The notes under the pieces were generated by a model. That model saw nothing but the letters and a program-made list of their open reading frames with translations. It made no database searches and was not told the DNA's origin. 57,495 bases of DNA from positions 1 to 57,495 of the forward strand of contig DAIDIC010000070.1 of NCBI GenBank assembly GCA_027459525.1. Direction: 5' to 3'. This DNA comes from Ktedonobacteria bacterium (GTDB taxonomy: Bacteria > Chloroflexota > Ktedonobacteria > Ktedonobacterales > JACDGC01). Below are positions 27,155-38,082 of the stretch, in pieces (positions within the stretch are counted from its first letter, which is position 1; every line of letters begins with the position of its first letter). The translations under genes and the position numbers were made by a program.

Positions 27155-28060
27155 TTACCATATCCCATGTTCTTGGGTATATTGCCGCAGCGACTGCGGA
27201 TGAAAGCCGAAACTGTTTTGTACACTATTGAGATCCGTTGTATTTGGAAACGCAAACAACTCAAGCGCAGCAGTGGTTATCGGTGGATTTGGCAGAATCG
27301 CTTCCAAAACCCCTGCCGCTGGTTTCATTAAAAACGCAGGAGCCGGAGCTTTTAATCTCTTTGTATGGAGCGCAGTCATAATAATATCTAAAATTTGGCT
27401 GTATGACACAATCTCTGGCCCGCCAACGGGATAGCTATTGCCGGCGCGAGAAGCGTCATGAATCAAAATATCCAAACATGCGGCAACATCTTCAACCCAA
27501 ATTGGCTGAAATGTTTCTTTCCCCGATCCCGCCATTGGTGTTACCAATGGCGCTTGTTGAACTAGCTTAGCCAAGCCCGTTATAAACGCTGAATGCGGCC
27601 CAAATATAATTGATGGCTGTAAAATAGCCCATCCCAAACCGCTCTGTTTTATTGCCTGTTCTGCTAAATAGCGTCCTTGCATATAGCTGCCGGGTTTATC
27701 TTCTTTGGTCCCCAAGCCGCTTACGGCAATAATTCGCGAGACACCTTGGCGTTTAGCTGCTTCGATAAGGTTTTGTGTGCCGCGCACATTCACATTATAA
27801 TAACGATTTACGCCGCTCTGCTTTAAATTAGCCGTCATAAACGCCGCGTGCGCAAGAACATCTGCTCCTTGAAGCGCAACGTCTAATGTTTGCGGCTGAA
27901 GTGTATCACCTTCAATAAAATCAACCGAGTTATCCGGGAACAGCGCGCGCGATTTAGCGATATTCCGCGCCAAGCAAACCGGCCGTTCACCATTTTTAAT
28001 CAGCCGATTTACCAAAGCGCTGCCGACATATCCGCTGGCGCCTGCAACGATAATTTTCAT
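27155..28060 (-). CDS. Atypical SDR / NDUFA9-like NAD(P)-binding protein
   Basis: AGASGYVG, NVRGTQNL, AEQAIKQSGL, QPIWVEDVA. Confidence 0.88.
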   Translation of the reverse strand: MKIIVAGASGYVGSALVNRLIKNGERPVCLARNIAKSRALFPDNSVDFIEGDTLQPQTLDVALQGADVLAHAAFMTANLKQSGVNRYYNVNVRGTQNLIEAAKRQGVSRIIAVSGLGTKEDKPGSYMQGRYLAEQAIKQSGLGWAILQPSIIFGPHSAFITGLAKLVQQAPLVTPMAGSGKETFQPIWVEDVAACLDILIHDASRAGNSYPVGGPEIVSYSQILDIIMTALHTKRLKAPAPAFLMKPAAGVLEAILPNPPITTAALELFAFPNTTDLNSVQNSFGFHPQSLRQYTQEHGIW

Positions 28061-28633
28061 AAAATATCTCTGTCTCCTTATAAAATAGTATCTATCGATA
28101 TTTATAAGATCTTTTGCTTATGATGAACAAGAGTCATTTGGGTATAGCCACGGGCGCACCCATGTCCATTTTTACTTTATATTGTAGAACAGCGCCGCAA
28201 AACAAAGATTCACATACGAGGCAAATTTTGGCGACTCTGTTTTGCCGTCAGCGTTTCTGTCTTATAAATCAGGCAATCAACAGTATGAAATCGGAAAAAT
28301 TGTGATACTGTTCTCAGGTTTGTTTAAGGAATTTATGTTATATTTAACAGATACAAAATAACTGTTTAGCGTAAAACATATAAAACGCGAAAACACATTT
28401 GGATTCTGCGACTGCCATTTCAGCCATGATTAGGCTGTATTCCGGTTATATATTTTCTTTATTCTTTTAAGAAAACTGTTTTTGGTTTGCAATGCTGCTT
28501 TTGGGCAGTTTTTACGATATCCTGAGCTTGAATGTATTGCAGCCCCCAAAAATATATAATATATATTCAGGTGTTAAAAAACAAGCCGCGGAAAAAAATA
28601 TTTGTATGTTATTTTCTTTTATATGGTATTATT

Positions 28634-30355
28634 GTGTCGCAAACCACCACTCCTGCTGCAAAATCACCCTATCTTGCGGATGAACGCTTTGCGGTATTTC
28701 GCAAGATTATTCAATGGATAAATAGGCATGCGCCTGAAATTACCCCGCTGCAGCCACGGCTTTCAGGCAAAAAAGAACGAATCGGTCTTATTATTACGCT
28801 CATTTTAATGCTGATTTTTATTGCCTTTTTTTTAACCTATATTGTAAAGCTGCAAAACGCAAACCTTACCAACGCCGAAGATATGGGCATTATGGATCAG
28901 GTGTTGTGGAACACGACCCATGGGCAGTTTTGGCGCGAAACAATTTGTAATACGATAACCGACACTAACTGCATTGTTGGCGCTTCCCGCTGGGCCATTC
29001 ATTTTGAGCCGTCTATGTTGCTGCTCGTCCCCATTTATTGGCTGATTCCGGGGCCGCATACACTACAGTTCATTCAAGTTGTCGGCGTTTCTATTGGCGC
29101 ATTGCCGGCATATTGGCTGGGCAGCCGCCGCTGGCAAAATCAGTGGGCCGGTGTTTTGCTGGCGGTGTTTTATTTATTTAATCCCGCATTGCGCGGCGTT
29201 ATTATTGATGATTTCCATATGGTTGCCCTTGCGGCTCCTGCTTTGATGTTTGCCGTCTATTATATGTTTTCTCGCAATAATATCGGTTTATTTATTGCCG
29301 TTATTTTTGCTATGGGCACAAAAGAACAGGTTCCGTTGGATGTTTTTATGATTGGGGCAATGATAGCGCTTATGCAGCGCCGCTGGCGTTTAGGCGCGGT
29401 GATTGCAGGATTATCCGTGTGCTGGGCTGTTGCGGCGCTATGGGTTATTCACGCCGCCAGCCCAATTGGTGAATCACCCACAGCCATGCGCTATAACGGT
29501 GTTTTTGGTGTCATCACACATCTGAGGCTGATTTTTACCACTCCTTCTCGCTTGTTGTATCTGGCTCATATGTTTGATGACAGTGGTTGGCTGGGCATTT
29601 TTGCGCCATGGACTTTTCTGCCGCCGCTGCCCGATATGTTGTTGAACGCAGTCAGCGCTAATCAAACACAATATTCAGGATTTTTTCAATATAACGCCGA
29701 TATTATTCCTTTTCTTACGCTGGCGGCGCTGGAAGGGACGGTTGGCGCGCATACACTTATGCAGAAATATATCCCTGCTTTGCAGCAAAAAATTGCGGAA
29801 ATGTTCCATAAAACATATTCTGTAAAAATTATTTCTGCCACACTGATGATAGCCCTTATAGTTGCCGGAACAGCGGAAATACTCCGCACACCCAGCAATC
29901 GCATACTAAATCCCATCCTAATGAGTAACGCATGGCCGACTGTAACGGCTCACGCTAAATTGGCCTACACATTTTATCAAATGATCCCGGCAGACGCTTC
30001 GGTTACTGCGCAGGCAAACTTAGTTCCGCATTTAAGCGAGCGCCATGAAATCTATCAATATCCTTATAACGAAGTTGCGGCGCAATATGTGCTGCTGGAT
30101 ATTACCAGTGAATATTATCCCGAACAAAGCTATGCAGATTATGGAAATTCCGTAAAACAATTACTGCAATCGGGACAATATTCGCTCGTTCGCGCGCAAG
30201 ATGGATATATTTTGTTGAAATTGAATACGGCGCTGACTGCGCAGTCGCAAAACACGGCGATTACATCGTTGCCAAAGTCGTTTTGTCCCGCTCAGCCTAT
30301 AAACAAATCGGATGTTTTACAATTATTTCAACAATTGGCGCAATGCGGCGCATAA
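28634..30355 (+). CDS. DUF2079-like polytopic membrane protein (GT-C-like)
   Basis: DMGIMDQVLWN, HFEP, DFH, TKE, FQYNA motifs and many TM helices. Start uncertain (GTG 28634). Confidence 0.75.
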   Translation: MSQTTTPAAKSPYLADERFAVFRKIIQWINRHAPEITPLQPRLSGKKERIGLIITLILMLIFIAFFLTYIVKLQNANLTNAEDMGIMDQVLWNTTHGQFWRETICNTITDTNCIVGASRWAIHFEPSMLLLVPIYWLIPGPHTLQFIQVVGVSIGALPAYWLGSRRWQNQWAGVLLAVFYLFNPALRGVIIDDFHMVALAAPALMFAVYYMFSRNNIGLFIAVIFAMGTKEQVPLDVFMIGAMIALMQRRWRLGAVIAGLSVCWAVAALWVIHAASPIGESPTAMRYNGVFGVITHLRLIFTTPSRLLYLAHMFDDSGWLGIFAPWTFLPPLPDMLLNAVSANQTQYSGFFQYNADIIPFLTLAALEGTVGAHTLMQKYIPALQQKIAEMFHKTYSVKIISATLMIALIVAGTAEILRTPSNRILNPILMSNAWPTVTAHAKLAYTFYQMIPADASVTAQANLVPHLSERHEIYQYPYNEVAAQYVLLDITSEYYPEQSYADYGNSVKQLLQSGQYSLVRAQDGYILLKLNTALTAQSQNTAITSLPKSFCPAQPINKSDVLQLFQQLAQCGA

Positions 30356-30424
30356 CTATTGCCCAGTGGCCGCCATACATTGGCATATGAAAAGAAGAAA
30401 AAATTTTGGCGGGTATAGCACACA

Positions 30425-30455
30425 CCGCAAAAAGAGCTTTCGGCCCCTTTTGCGG
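30425..30455 (-). terminator. Hairpin terminator after sufC
   Basis: Minus strand ccgcaaaaggggcc-gaaa-gctctttttgcgg, between convergent genes. Confidence 0.65.
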
Positions 30456-30491
30456 CTTGGTTAATTTGGTTGCGATGAAACAAGATGAAAA

Positions 30492-31310
30492 TTATTCGGT
30501 GATTTTTTCACCAATCAGCCATTCATAGCCTTTTTCTTCTAATTCCAGCGCCAACTGCTTATCGCCGGTTTTAATGATTTGTCCTTTAAACATTACATGC
30601 ACAATATCTGGGGTAATATAATTTAACAGGCGCTGATAGTGTGTAATAACTAACGACCCCATTCCCGGTCCGCGCAATGCGTTTACCCCTTCGGCGACAA
30701 TACGCAGCGCGTCGATATCTAACCCGGAATCGGTTTCGTCTAATATGGCAAACTCTGGCTCCAGCACCGCCATTTGTAATATTTCTGCGCGTTTCTTTTC
30801 GCCGCCGGAAAACCCATCATTTAAATAGCGGCCGATAAATTCATTATTAACTTTCAGCAAATCCATTTTCCCTTGCAAAGTTTTACGAAACACTGATGGC
30901 GGTGTCCCTTTGCGTTTCGGAGCCTCACCTGTAGGCTGCTGGCCTTCTTTCGAGGGATCATAGCCCTCTTTGCGAGCGTCGTAGGCTCTTCTGAGAAAAT
31001 TTGCCACCGTTACTCCCGGAACAGACGCAGGATATTGAAACGCCAGAAAAATGCCTAAGCGGGCGCGTTTATCCGGTGAGAGATCCAGAATATTCAAGCC
31101 TTTAAAAATTACCTCGCCTTGGGTTACTTGATAAACCGGGTTTCCCATTATTACGTTTGCTAAGGTGCTTTTACCCGATCCGTTAGGACCCATTAATGCG
31201 TGTGTTTCCCCTTTTTTAACGGTTAGGTTTACACCCCGCAATATTTCCTTATCCTCAATTCGCGCATGCAAATCGCGAATAATCAGTTCGTCATCTGAAT
31301 ATTCAGGCAT
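30492..31310 (-). CDS. sufC: Fe-S cluster assembly ATPase SufC
   Basis: [52 protein letters not shown]. Confidence 0.97.
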   Translation of the reverse strand: MPEYSDDELIIRDLHARIEDKEILRGVNLTVKKGETHALMGPNGSGKSTLANVIMGNPVYQVTQGEVIFKGLNILDLSPDKRARLGIFLAFQYPASVPGVTVANFLRRAYDARKEGYDPSKEGQQPTGEAPKRKGTPPSVFRKTLQGKMDLLKVNNEFIGRYLNDGFSGGEKKRAEILQMAVLEPEFAILDETDSGLDIDALRIVAEGVNALRGPGMGSLVITHYQRLLNYITPDIVHVMFKGQIIKTGDKQLALELEEKGYEWLIGEKITE

Positions 31311-31388
31311 ATATTCATACCCTTCTGAAAAAAATTTATGTGTTTTGCGCAATGCTTGCGTTTAACATAAAGCGTTGCGCTAGGCTGA

Positions 31389-31865
31389 TTACAACTGTAT
31401 TTTTATATTTTGCTGCTGCTCCGGCATACGTATCGGCGTGTGCGGCGCAGTATCCACTAATTCATTTAAGGTAATGCTTTCCAATGTGGATATAATCGCG
31501 TCTTGCAGCCGCGCCCATAACGATCGGGTAGAACAAGAGCCTAATTTATCCCATCCGCACGCTGCTTCGGCTCCATTTACCGATAAACAGGCATAAGGAG
31601 CTAAAGCGCCTTCAAGAACACTTAACACTTCACTCATACGAATTTCTTCTGGCGGCCTGCTCAGCTGATAGCCGCCATGGGCGCCGCGGGCGCTCATGAC
31701 TAAATCGGCGTCACGCAGTTTCTTTATGAGCTGCTCAAGATATTGTACAGGCAGGCCTTCATCCTGTGAAATGTCAGTCAAAGATCGCAGTTTTTTATTG
31801 TAATACCTGGCAAGATCAATCATGACACGAACGCCATACTCACCCTTGGTTGAAATGTGCATCAT
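31389..31865 (-). CDS. Rrf2-family regulator with three C-terminal Cys (IscR-like, Fe-S sensing)
   Basis: STKGEYGVR, YLEQL, SARGAHGGYQL, C-x9-C-x7-C. Confidence 0.9.
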   Translation of the reverse strand: MMHISTKGEYGVRVMIDLARYYNKKLRSLTDISQDEGLPVQYLEQLIKKLRDADLVMSARGAHGGYQLSRPPEEIRMSEVLSVLEGALAPYACLSVNGAEAACGWDKLGSCSTRSLWARLQDAIISTLESITLNELVDTAPHTPIRMPEQQQNIKIQL

Positions 31866-31887
31866 AAACGCGGACCTTATGTTATTC

Positions 31888-31915
31888 TTAATCCGAGTAA
31901 CTCACTCAGAATTAA
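31888..31915. promoter_or_regulatory. Rrf2/IscR-type operator palindrome
   Basis: ttaATCCGAGT-aactc-ACTCAGAAttaa imperfect inverted repeat immediately upstream of the Rrf2 gene. Confidence 0.6.
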
Positions 31916-32166
31916 TCATACCATGATTCAGTCTTTTTGGGCAAGTGTATCAAGCGTTTTTTATGCGCAGCAAAAATCCGCCGACAAAGGCGGTAATTCC
32001 GGTTAAAGCAAGAGGAAATTTCCCAAACGCACAAGCAATATGCAGTATTCAAAAATTGGGGAATATTTTGTGATTTTATGTTATTTTCGTGAATGTAATA
32101 TAAAATATATAGCGGCGTTGATTAATATGGCGCCGATGTTATTTTTTTTATTGATGAGGTTTTTTT

Positions 32167-33768
32167 GTGAGCAGCCATCCTGCGCCTCAAAATGCGCCGC
32201 GCAAAACTCAATTTCGCAGCGGTTATTTGAAGAATGATCCGCTAGACGCCGCTATGGACGCTGCCTTGCTGACACTGCAACAGCAGGCGTGCGCATTAAT
32301 TTTAGTTCCGCAACCCGGCGCGCCAAGCGGGTTGGTAACATGCCGGGGTATGGCGCTGGCTGACACAAAAAAATTTGCGCAGTGGCTGGTTCCTTTGTTG
32401 CGTTTCACAGAATCTGCGGTATTTGTTAAAGAGATTCCACCGGAGCAATGGCCGCAATCCATTGCGTTAACTACTGGGCCAAACGATGAAGAAGTGATAG
32501 CGATGAATTTGATGTATGATGACAGGAATATCGGTGTGTTGGCGGTATTGGGGCCTGTTGGCGCCTTGCGTAAATCTCCATTGAATCATCCGGCAGCATC
32601 CGCCGCATTTCTTGCCTCACTTTCCACAACAGTTGCTGTTGCGTTGCAAAACAGAGATCTGCGTGAGCAGCGTGACCAATTTAGGATGACTTATTTGTAT
32701 AGCGGCGACGGCATTTTAACGGTGGACGCCGATTTGCGAGTAACCGGATGCAATCCTGCTATGGAGTTGATGATCCATCGCCAAGCCGAAGAAATAACTG
32801 GGCAGTTTTATTATGATATTTTGCGGCCGGAAGATATGAGCGGGCGCCCCCTTGGACTGGAAAGGTGTCCGCTTATGGAAGCGCTTGCAACCTGTGAGGT
32901 GATACAGGGACGTGAAATATATATATATACCCGGGATGGCTCAAAATTAACGGTATCTGTTACGGCCTCCGCTGTAATCTCTGATGAGGGTCTTCCTGTC
33001 AGCGCTGTTATGAATGTGAGAGATATTGCCCGGCAAAAAGAGCATGAAATACTTACATCAACCTTAATCTCTATTGTATCGCATGAACTGCAAACCCCCA
33101 TAGCAATTATTAAGGGGTATGCTTCAACTTTTGCGCAACTGCGCGCGCAATGGGACGCCGATACAATCAGCGAACGCATGCGAGCAATTGACGAAGAAGC
33201 AGATCGTTTAAGTCATATTATTAAAAATATTTTATACGCATCACGTATTCAAGCGGGTAAAATTTCCATGAATCTGCAACAAATACAACCTGAAACTATC
33301 ATTCTAACGTGCGCCAGAAGGTTTCAGGCTCGCGAACCGGACCGCAAAATAGTGACACGCATACCTAAAAACATTCCACAAATATACGCTGATGATATAT
33401 TGATTGAAGAAGTTGTCACAAATTTTATTGATAACGCGCATAAACATTCTGATAAATCTGCTACGATTATTATTGAGGGAAAATTTACCGGTGATAGCGT
33501 GATCATTAGTGTTATTGATAAAGGATCCGGCATTTCTGAAACTGAAAAAGAGAGGATATTTGAGCGATTTTACCGCGCTGATAATGATTTAACACGAAAA
33601 ACTCAAGGCGCCGGTTTAGGGTTGTTTATCTGTAACGCTATCGTAAAGGCGCATGGCGGTAAAATTTGGGTAGAAAGTGAACTCGGCAGAGGCTCGGTAT
33701 TTTCAATGGGGCTGCCGCGGATGGAAAACGCTTTGACGCCAATGCTTTTACCGGTTCAATTTGATTGA
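32167..33768 (+). CDS. Cytoplasmic PAS sensor histidine kinase (GAF-like, PAS, HisKA, HATPase)
   Basis: DGILTVD..CNPA PAS, SHELQTP H-box, NFIDNAHKHS, DKGSGI, GAGLGL. Confidence 0.93.
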   Translation: MSSHPAPQNAPRKTQFRSGYLKNDPLDAAMDAALLTLQQQACALILVPQPGAPSGLVTCRGMALADTKKFAQWLVPLLRFTESAVFVKEIPPEQWPQSIALTTGPNDEEVIAMNLMYDDRNIGVLAVLGPVGALRKSPLNHPAASAAFLASLSTTVAVALQNRDLREQRDQFRMTYLYSGDGILTVDADLRVTGCNPAMELMIHRQAEEITGQFYYDILRPEDMSGRPLGLERCPLMEALATCEVIQGREIYIYTRDGSKLTVSVTASAVISDEGLPVSAVMNVRDIARQKEHEILTSTLISIVSHELQTPIAIIKGYASTFAQLRAQWDADTISERMRAIDEEADRLSHIIKNILYASRIQAGKISMNLQQIQPETIILTCARRFQAREPDRKIVTRIPKNIPQIYADDILIEEVVTNFIDNAHKHSDKSATIIIEGKFTGDSVIISVIDKGSGISETEKERIFERFYRADNDLTRKTQGAGLGLFICNAIVKAHGGKIWVESELGRGSVFSMGLPRMENALTPMLLPVQFD

Positions 33769-33860
33769 ACAATATCAATAAAAAAACTCTCATGTAATTG
33801 TAGTATGTTCCGATAATAAAGTTTAAGCAACCCCGACTTTATAGGAGGTACAATTGCGCC

Positions 33861-35585
33861 ATGGTGGGTTATTTACAGCTGATTCAGCAAAAAGCATTTA
33901 CGCTTTTGAATAATATGGCGATCTCGGCAAGGGTGAGAAGCGCTGTTGTATATATTTTTATTGTGTTTCTCATTACCGGCGCGGTAGTGATTCAAAAAGA
34001 TATACAAATAAAATCAATCAATGCAGGGATTGTTCAAAACGATACGATAGGCGCCAATGATATTGCGGCAATGCGCGCCGATAGTTTAACAATTACCCTG
34101 AACCTTACACAGGCGATGAACATTTCTTTTGGCTATTCGTCTACAATGAATCAAACATTGCAAACAACAGAAGCTGCAATGAATGCGGCAGTGAGTCATT
34201 TTGGAATATTGCAGGTAAACGCACAAACACAAAAACAATTTCATCAAACAGAAACTGTGGCGCATAATTGGCTGAATAGCGTAACATCGCTGCAAAACGC
34301 CCTATCCGGCGGCGCTAACCCGACGCAAGCGCAACTTATTGGGTTATATGGTCAAATGATCGGCAATGAAAATACTCTACAACAAAATCTGGTCAAACTT
34401 ACCGCAGTTTTATTATTGCAAACGAATTCTGCAGAATCGGATATTTCTTCTGCAATCAATAATTTGTTTTGGCTGATAATTTTATTGGGTATCGTCATAA
34501 CATTGGGCGCGGTTTTCTTCGCGGAAATATTAAATAATACTATTACCAAGCCGCTGCACTTGATATACGCGGTTTTGGAGAAAATGTCGCAAGGTGAATT
34601 GAGTGATGTTGATGAAACGCTTATGCTTTGGAAAGGCAATAACGTCATTGGCAGATTAATTGAACAGTTATGTGAAACTATTGTTAAGGTGCGCATTCTT
34701 GTTGGACATGTTACAGATTTGAGTTTGCAGTTGACGGTTAAGACAAAAGATATTGTTGTTTTCACCGAACATACAAATGAAGCGTCGCATCAGGTTGCTT
34801 CTGCCATTGAGCAGGTTGCAACCGGCGCACATGAACAGAGTAAAAATTTACGCAGAGCAGCGCACGAAGTGGAAAAATTGAATAATGAAGCTTTACGAAT
34901 GAATAAAGACACCAAAGAGGCGCTCGATGTTATTCGTTCTTTAAAACAAGCTATAAATCAATCTTCACTGAGAGTTCGCGCGTTAGGGAAACGCTCAACC
35001 GAAATTGGCTCTATTATTCAAACAATTGATGAATTGGCAGACCAAACCGAGCTGCTGTCGCTCAACGCAGCTATTGTCGCCGCGCGCGCCGGTGAACATG
35101 GCCGAAGCTTTGCAGTGGTGGCTGATGAAATCCGCAAACTCGCTGAACGTTCTGGCGGCGCGGCGCGTGAAATTGCAACGATTATTAAAGAAGTGCAAAA
35201 TGAAACGCAAGGCGCGGTTACCGCAATGGAATCTGGCGTCGATCAGGTAGAATATGCGCTGCATCGGGTTGGCGGATCAGAGCAGCAAGCAATAAATATT
35301 ACACAAAATGCGGCAAAGGTAAACGCAGCAATTTCTACCGCGGCAAGTGTCGGTGTGGAAAACAGCGCCGCATCTGAACAGGTATCTTCTGCAACGGTTG
35401 CCATGAATGAAAAAGTTGAATATATTACTTCGCATTCTCAAAGCATCAGCGGTATTTCCCAAGATTTATATCATGCTTCGGTTATATTTCACTGGGTGGA
35501 AAAAAATCCAGAGCCAGATAAATTGTTGGAGGCAGATGAGCAGCGCTCACAAAATGAATTTGATTCACAGGTAAACGCTGCCTGA
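33861..35585 (+). CDS. Methyl-accepting chemotaxis protein
   Basis: Two TM helices, HAMP-like region, signalling tip [39 protein letters not shown]. Confidence 0.93.
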   Translation: MVGYLQLIQQKAFTLLNNMAISARVRSAVVYIFIVFLITGAVVIQKDIQIKSINAGIVQNDTIGANDIAAMRADSLTITLNLTQAMNISFGYSSTMNQTLQTTEAAMNAAVSHFGILQVNAQTQKQFHQTETVAHNWLNSVTSLQNALSGGANPTQAQLIGLYGQMIGNENTLQQNLVKLTAVLLLQTNSAESDISSAINNLFWLIILLGIVITLGAVFFAEILNNTITKPLHLIYAVLEKMSQGELSDVDETLMLWKGNNVIGRLIEQLCETIVKVRILVGHVTDLSLQLTVKTKDIVVFTEHTNEASHQVASAIEQVATGAHEQSKNLRRAAHEVEKLNNEALRMNKDTKEALDVIRSLKQAINQSSLRVRALGKRSTEIGSIIQTIDELADQTELLSLNAAIVAARAGEHGRSFAVVADEIRKLAERSGGAAREIATIIKEVQNETQGAVTAMESGVDQVEYALHRVGGSEQQAINITQNAAKVNAAISTAASVGVENSAASEQVSSATVAMNEKVEYITSHSQSISGISQDLYHASVIFHWVEKNPEPDKLLEADEQRSQNEFDSQVNAA

Positions 35586-35655
35586 TACATAAGCATATAA
35601 TCCCTGCGCCGTTATTTTCAGCAGCATACGCATGCGCAAATAGCGGCGCATCCGC

Positions 35656-36009
35656 TTAGCGCGGCGGTTTTTCCATAAGTTTTTGCTGATATTTGCTTTC
35701 GGCTTTGCGCGCTGTATGAAAAATATAGGCAATAAGGGTTGAGGCAACACTGGCGATTACAGTTGTTTCAAAAAAATCCAGGGTTACATTTTTTTGCTGT
35801 AAAAATACATTGATAAGAACTGTCGCCACCAACGCGCCGACTAACCCAAGGAAGATATTGCCAAAAATGCATCCGCCGCGGCCGCGAACCACAAAATTGG
35901 CAATTGTGCCGGCAATCATTCCGGAAAACGCCCAAAAGAAACAGGCGGTAAATAAATTAACGTTATACGTTATTGCGGCTATCATCATAAGCGCTACTGT
36001 TCCTGACAA
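35656..36009 (-). CDS. GlsB/YeaQ/YmgE (transglycosylase-associated) membrane protein
   Basis: GMIAGTIANFVV-RGRG-GCIFGNIFLGLVGALV pattern. Confidence 0.8.
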   Translation of the reverse strand: MSGTVALMMIAAITYNVNLFTACFFWAFSGMIAGTIANFVVRGRGGCIFGNIFLGLVGALVATVLINVFLQQKNVTLDFFETTVIASVASTLIAYIFHTARKAESKYQQKLMEKPPR

Positions 36010-36111
36010 ATATTTTTTATTTCAAAAAGACCGGCGTTCACTAAAAGCGCGTTGCCGGTGTATTTTTTTGCGCGCTTTCGAGATTTTTTTGTGTGATTTT
36101 GCTTGCGCGCA

Positions 36112-37488
36112 TTAGGCGTTTTCTTCCGGAGCCGAGAGGCGCAGCAACAGGCCAACCATAATAAAATTGATAATAACCGAACTGCCGCCGTAGGTAATAA
36201 ACGGCAGCGGTATGCCGGTAAGCGGCATTAATTTTAAATTTCCCGCCAAAATAACAATTGTTTGAATTGCAAAAATGCTGCTTAAACCGGCGCCCAGCAA
36301 TTGCTCAAATACACTGCGCGAGCGCATTGCTATGCGAAAGCCACGATATATTAACAACAACATAATGGCAAGCAGAGCAAACAACCCCATCATGCCAAAT
36401 TCCTCACCTACCGCGGCGGCGACGTAGTCGGTTTGCACGGCAGGAACAAAATAGGGATACCCTTGTCCCAAGCCTTGCCCAAAAAGACCGCCGGCTCCGA
36501 GGGCAATTAAACCTTGCACAATTTGAAAGCTTGTGCTATTGGCGTATGCCGGCAAAAAAGCGTTTGCTACAATAGCAACTCTATCGCGAATATAGCCGAG
36601 CAAATTATAGGCGATGATAGAGCCGCCGGCAAAAAAGCCCAATGAATAGAGGACATACGACATTTTATTTGTGGCGATATAAATCATAGAAACGAAAATG
36701 CCAAAAATCAGCAACGCCACGCCTAATTCGCGCAAACCCAGAAAAAGCAGCAGTGAAATAAGTAATATTGCTATCAACGGAGCAGATTGTCGAAGCGGCG
36801 GAATGTGTATCGGCCCTATTTTTTTGCCGCCAAGCGCAAGCATTTCACGATTTTCACTTAAATACGCTGCAAAAAAAATAACCAAGCATAATTTTAGCAA
36901 TTCAGATGGCTGAAATACAACACCACCAAACCCCAAGTTCAACTGATCGTGTGTCGGTGAGTTGAAGTTTTTTACCCGCAAAGAGTGAAACAATGATATA
37001 AGCACAAGAATAATACCGGCAGCTGCCCAAGTGTATTTATAGCGGCTCAGCCATTTAATCGAGCGTGTAAACCAAACTGTGCCAATACAAAAAACAAGCC
37101 CAATAATAACCCAAATTAATTGACGATAACCTAAGACCGGAATTGGGTATGGCAGCGCAGGGCCGAGCCGGGTAGCCATAAGAACGCCCAGCGCGCTGAG
37201 CATGCCGGTAATCGGCAGCAACGTTTGATCTGCTTTTGGGATAAGCCAAGATAAAATAATATGCGTAGCAAACAGCGCCACAATGAGCAGAAGTTGAGGC
37301 CCTAATGTATCAATACCTGGCAAAGAACTTACCGTAATTTCTGATGGAGCTTTTCCTTGATTGCTGACGCTGACGAATTGCAGATTCAACATGCCGAGCA
37401 GAATAAACACACTTGGCAATATCAGCAAAAACAGTTCATTCCATCGGTAATTGCGCAGATCCACAATACGTGACAGTATTTGTTTCAT
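36112..37488 (-). CDS. rodA: SEDS-family peptidoglycan polymerase (RodA-like, actinobacterial type)
   Basis: FQPSELLK, GGLFGQGLGQG, QTDY, EEFG, PLTGIPLPFITYGGSS. Downstream of fhaA-fhaB. Start taken at MKQIL. Confidence 0.88.
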   Translation of the reverse strand: MKQILSRIVDLRNYRWNELFLLILPSVFILLGMLNLQFVSVSNQGKAPSEITVSSLPGIDTLGPQLLLIVALFATHIILSWLIPKADQTLLPITGMLSALGVLMATRLGPALPYPIPVLGYRQLIWVIIGLVFCIGTVWFTRSIKWLSRYKYTWAAAGIILVLISLFHSLRVKNFNSPTHDQLNLGFGGVVFQPSELLKLCLVIFFAAYLSENREMLALGGKKIGPIHIPPLRQSAPLIAILLISLLLFLGLRELGVALLIFGIFVSMIYIATNKMSYVLYSLGFFAGGSIIAYNLLGYIRDRVAIVANAFLPAYANSTSFQIVQGLIALGAGGLFGQGLGQGYPYFVPAVQTDYVAAAVGEEFGMMGLFALLAIMLLLIYRGFRIAMRSRSVFEQLLGAGLSSIFAIQTIVILAGNLKLMPLTGIPLPFITYGGSSVIINFIMVGLLLRLSAPEENA

Positions 37489-37621
37489 AATGCTTTGCCG
37501 CCCTCCTATTTGGGATAAATAAACATACATCAATTCCCGCCGATTGCCGCCGGAAAATTCCATACAAACATTTTCGATCGAAACGTGCGTCGCAAATGCT
37601 TGCGCGTCAAAAATATGTACG

Positions 37622-38074
37622 TTATGCGGTTACTTTAAAGCGCACATCGCCAACGCGAACGACATCATTTAATTTTAGCGCGCGCGGGCTGGTTAACCGC
37701 TGTTCGTTTACAAATGTGCCGTTTTTGCTGCCTAAATCTTCAACCCATAATGATTTATTTTCGTAATAGATACGGGTATTTTCTCCGGAAACCACCGTGC
37801 TTTCTAAAATAACTGTATTGGTTGGTCCCCGGCCTAGAGTCATATCTGTAAAAATATCGAATCTTTTTCCCGGATTTAATTTTGTTGTCCCGCTATCCAT
37901 AACCGTTAAGTGGCCGATTATTTGTTTAGCCGGCTGCGCAGACTGATATTGAACAGCAAATTTTAAATCACGCCGGGAAACCAGCACAACCTGAAGAATA
38001 AAAAGATACAAAACCGCAATCATTGCTATGCGTAAGATAAGCAGAAACTGATCGAATGTAAGCCCACTTGCCAT
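37622..38074 (-). CDS. fhaB: Membrane-anchored FHA protein (FhaB/FipA-like)
   Basis: N-terminal TM (LILRIAMIAVLYLF), LGRG, VEDLGSKNGTFVN. Confidence 0.8.
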   Translation of the reverse strand: MASGLTFDQFLLILRIAMIAVLYLFILQVVLVSRRDLKFAVQYQSAQPAKQIIGHLTVMDSGTTKLNPGKRFDIFTDMTLGRGPTNTVILESTVVSGENTRIYYENKSLWVEDLGSKNGTFVNEQRLTSPRALKLNDVVRVGDVRFKVTA

Positions 38075-38082
38075 ATGCTGCG

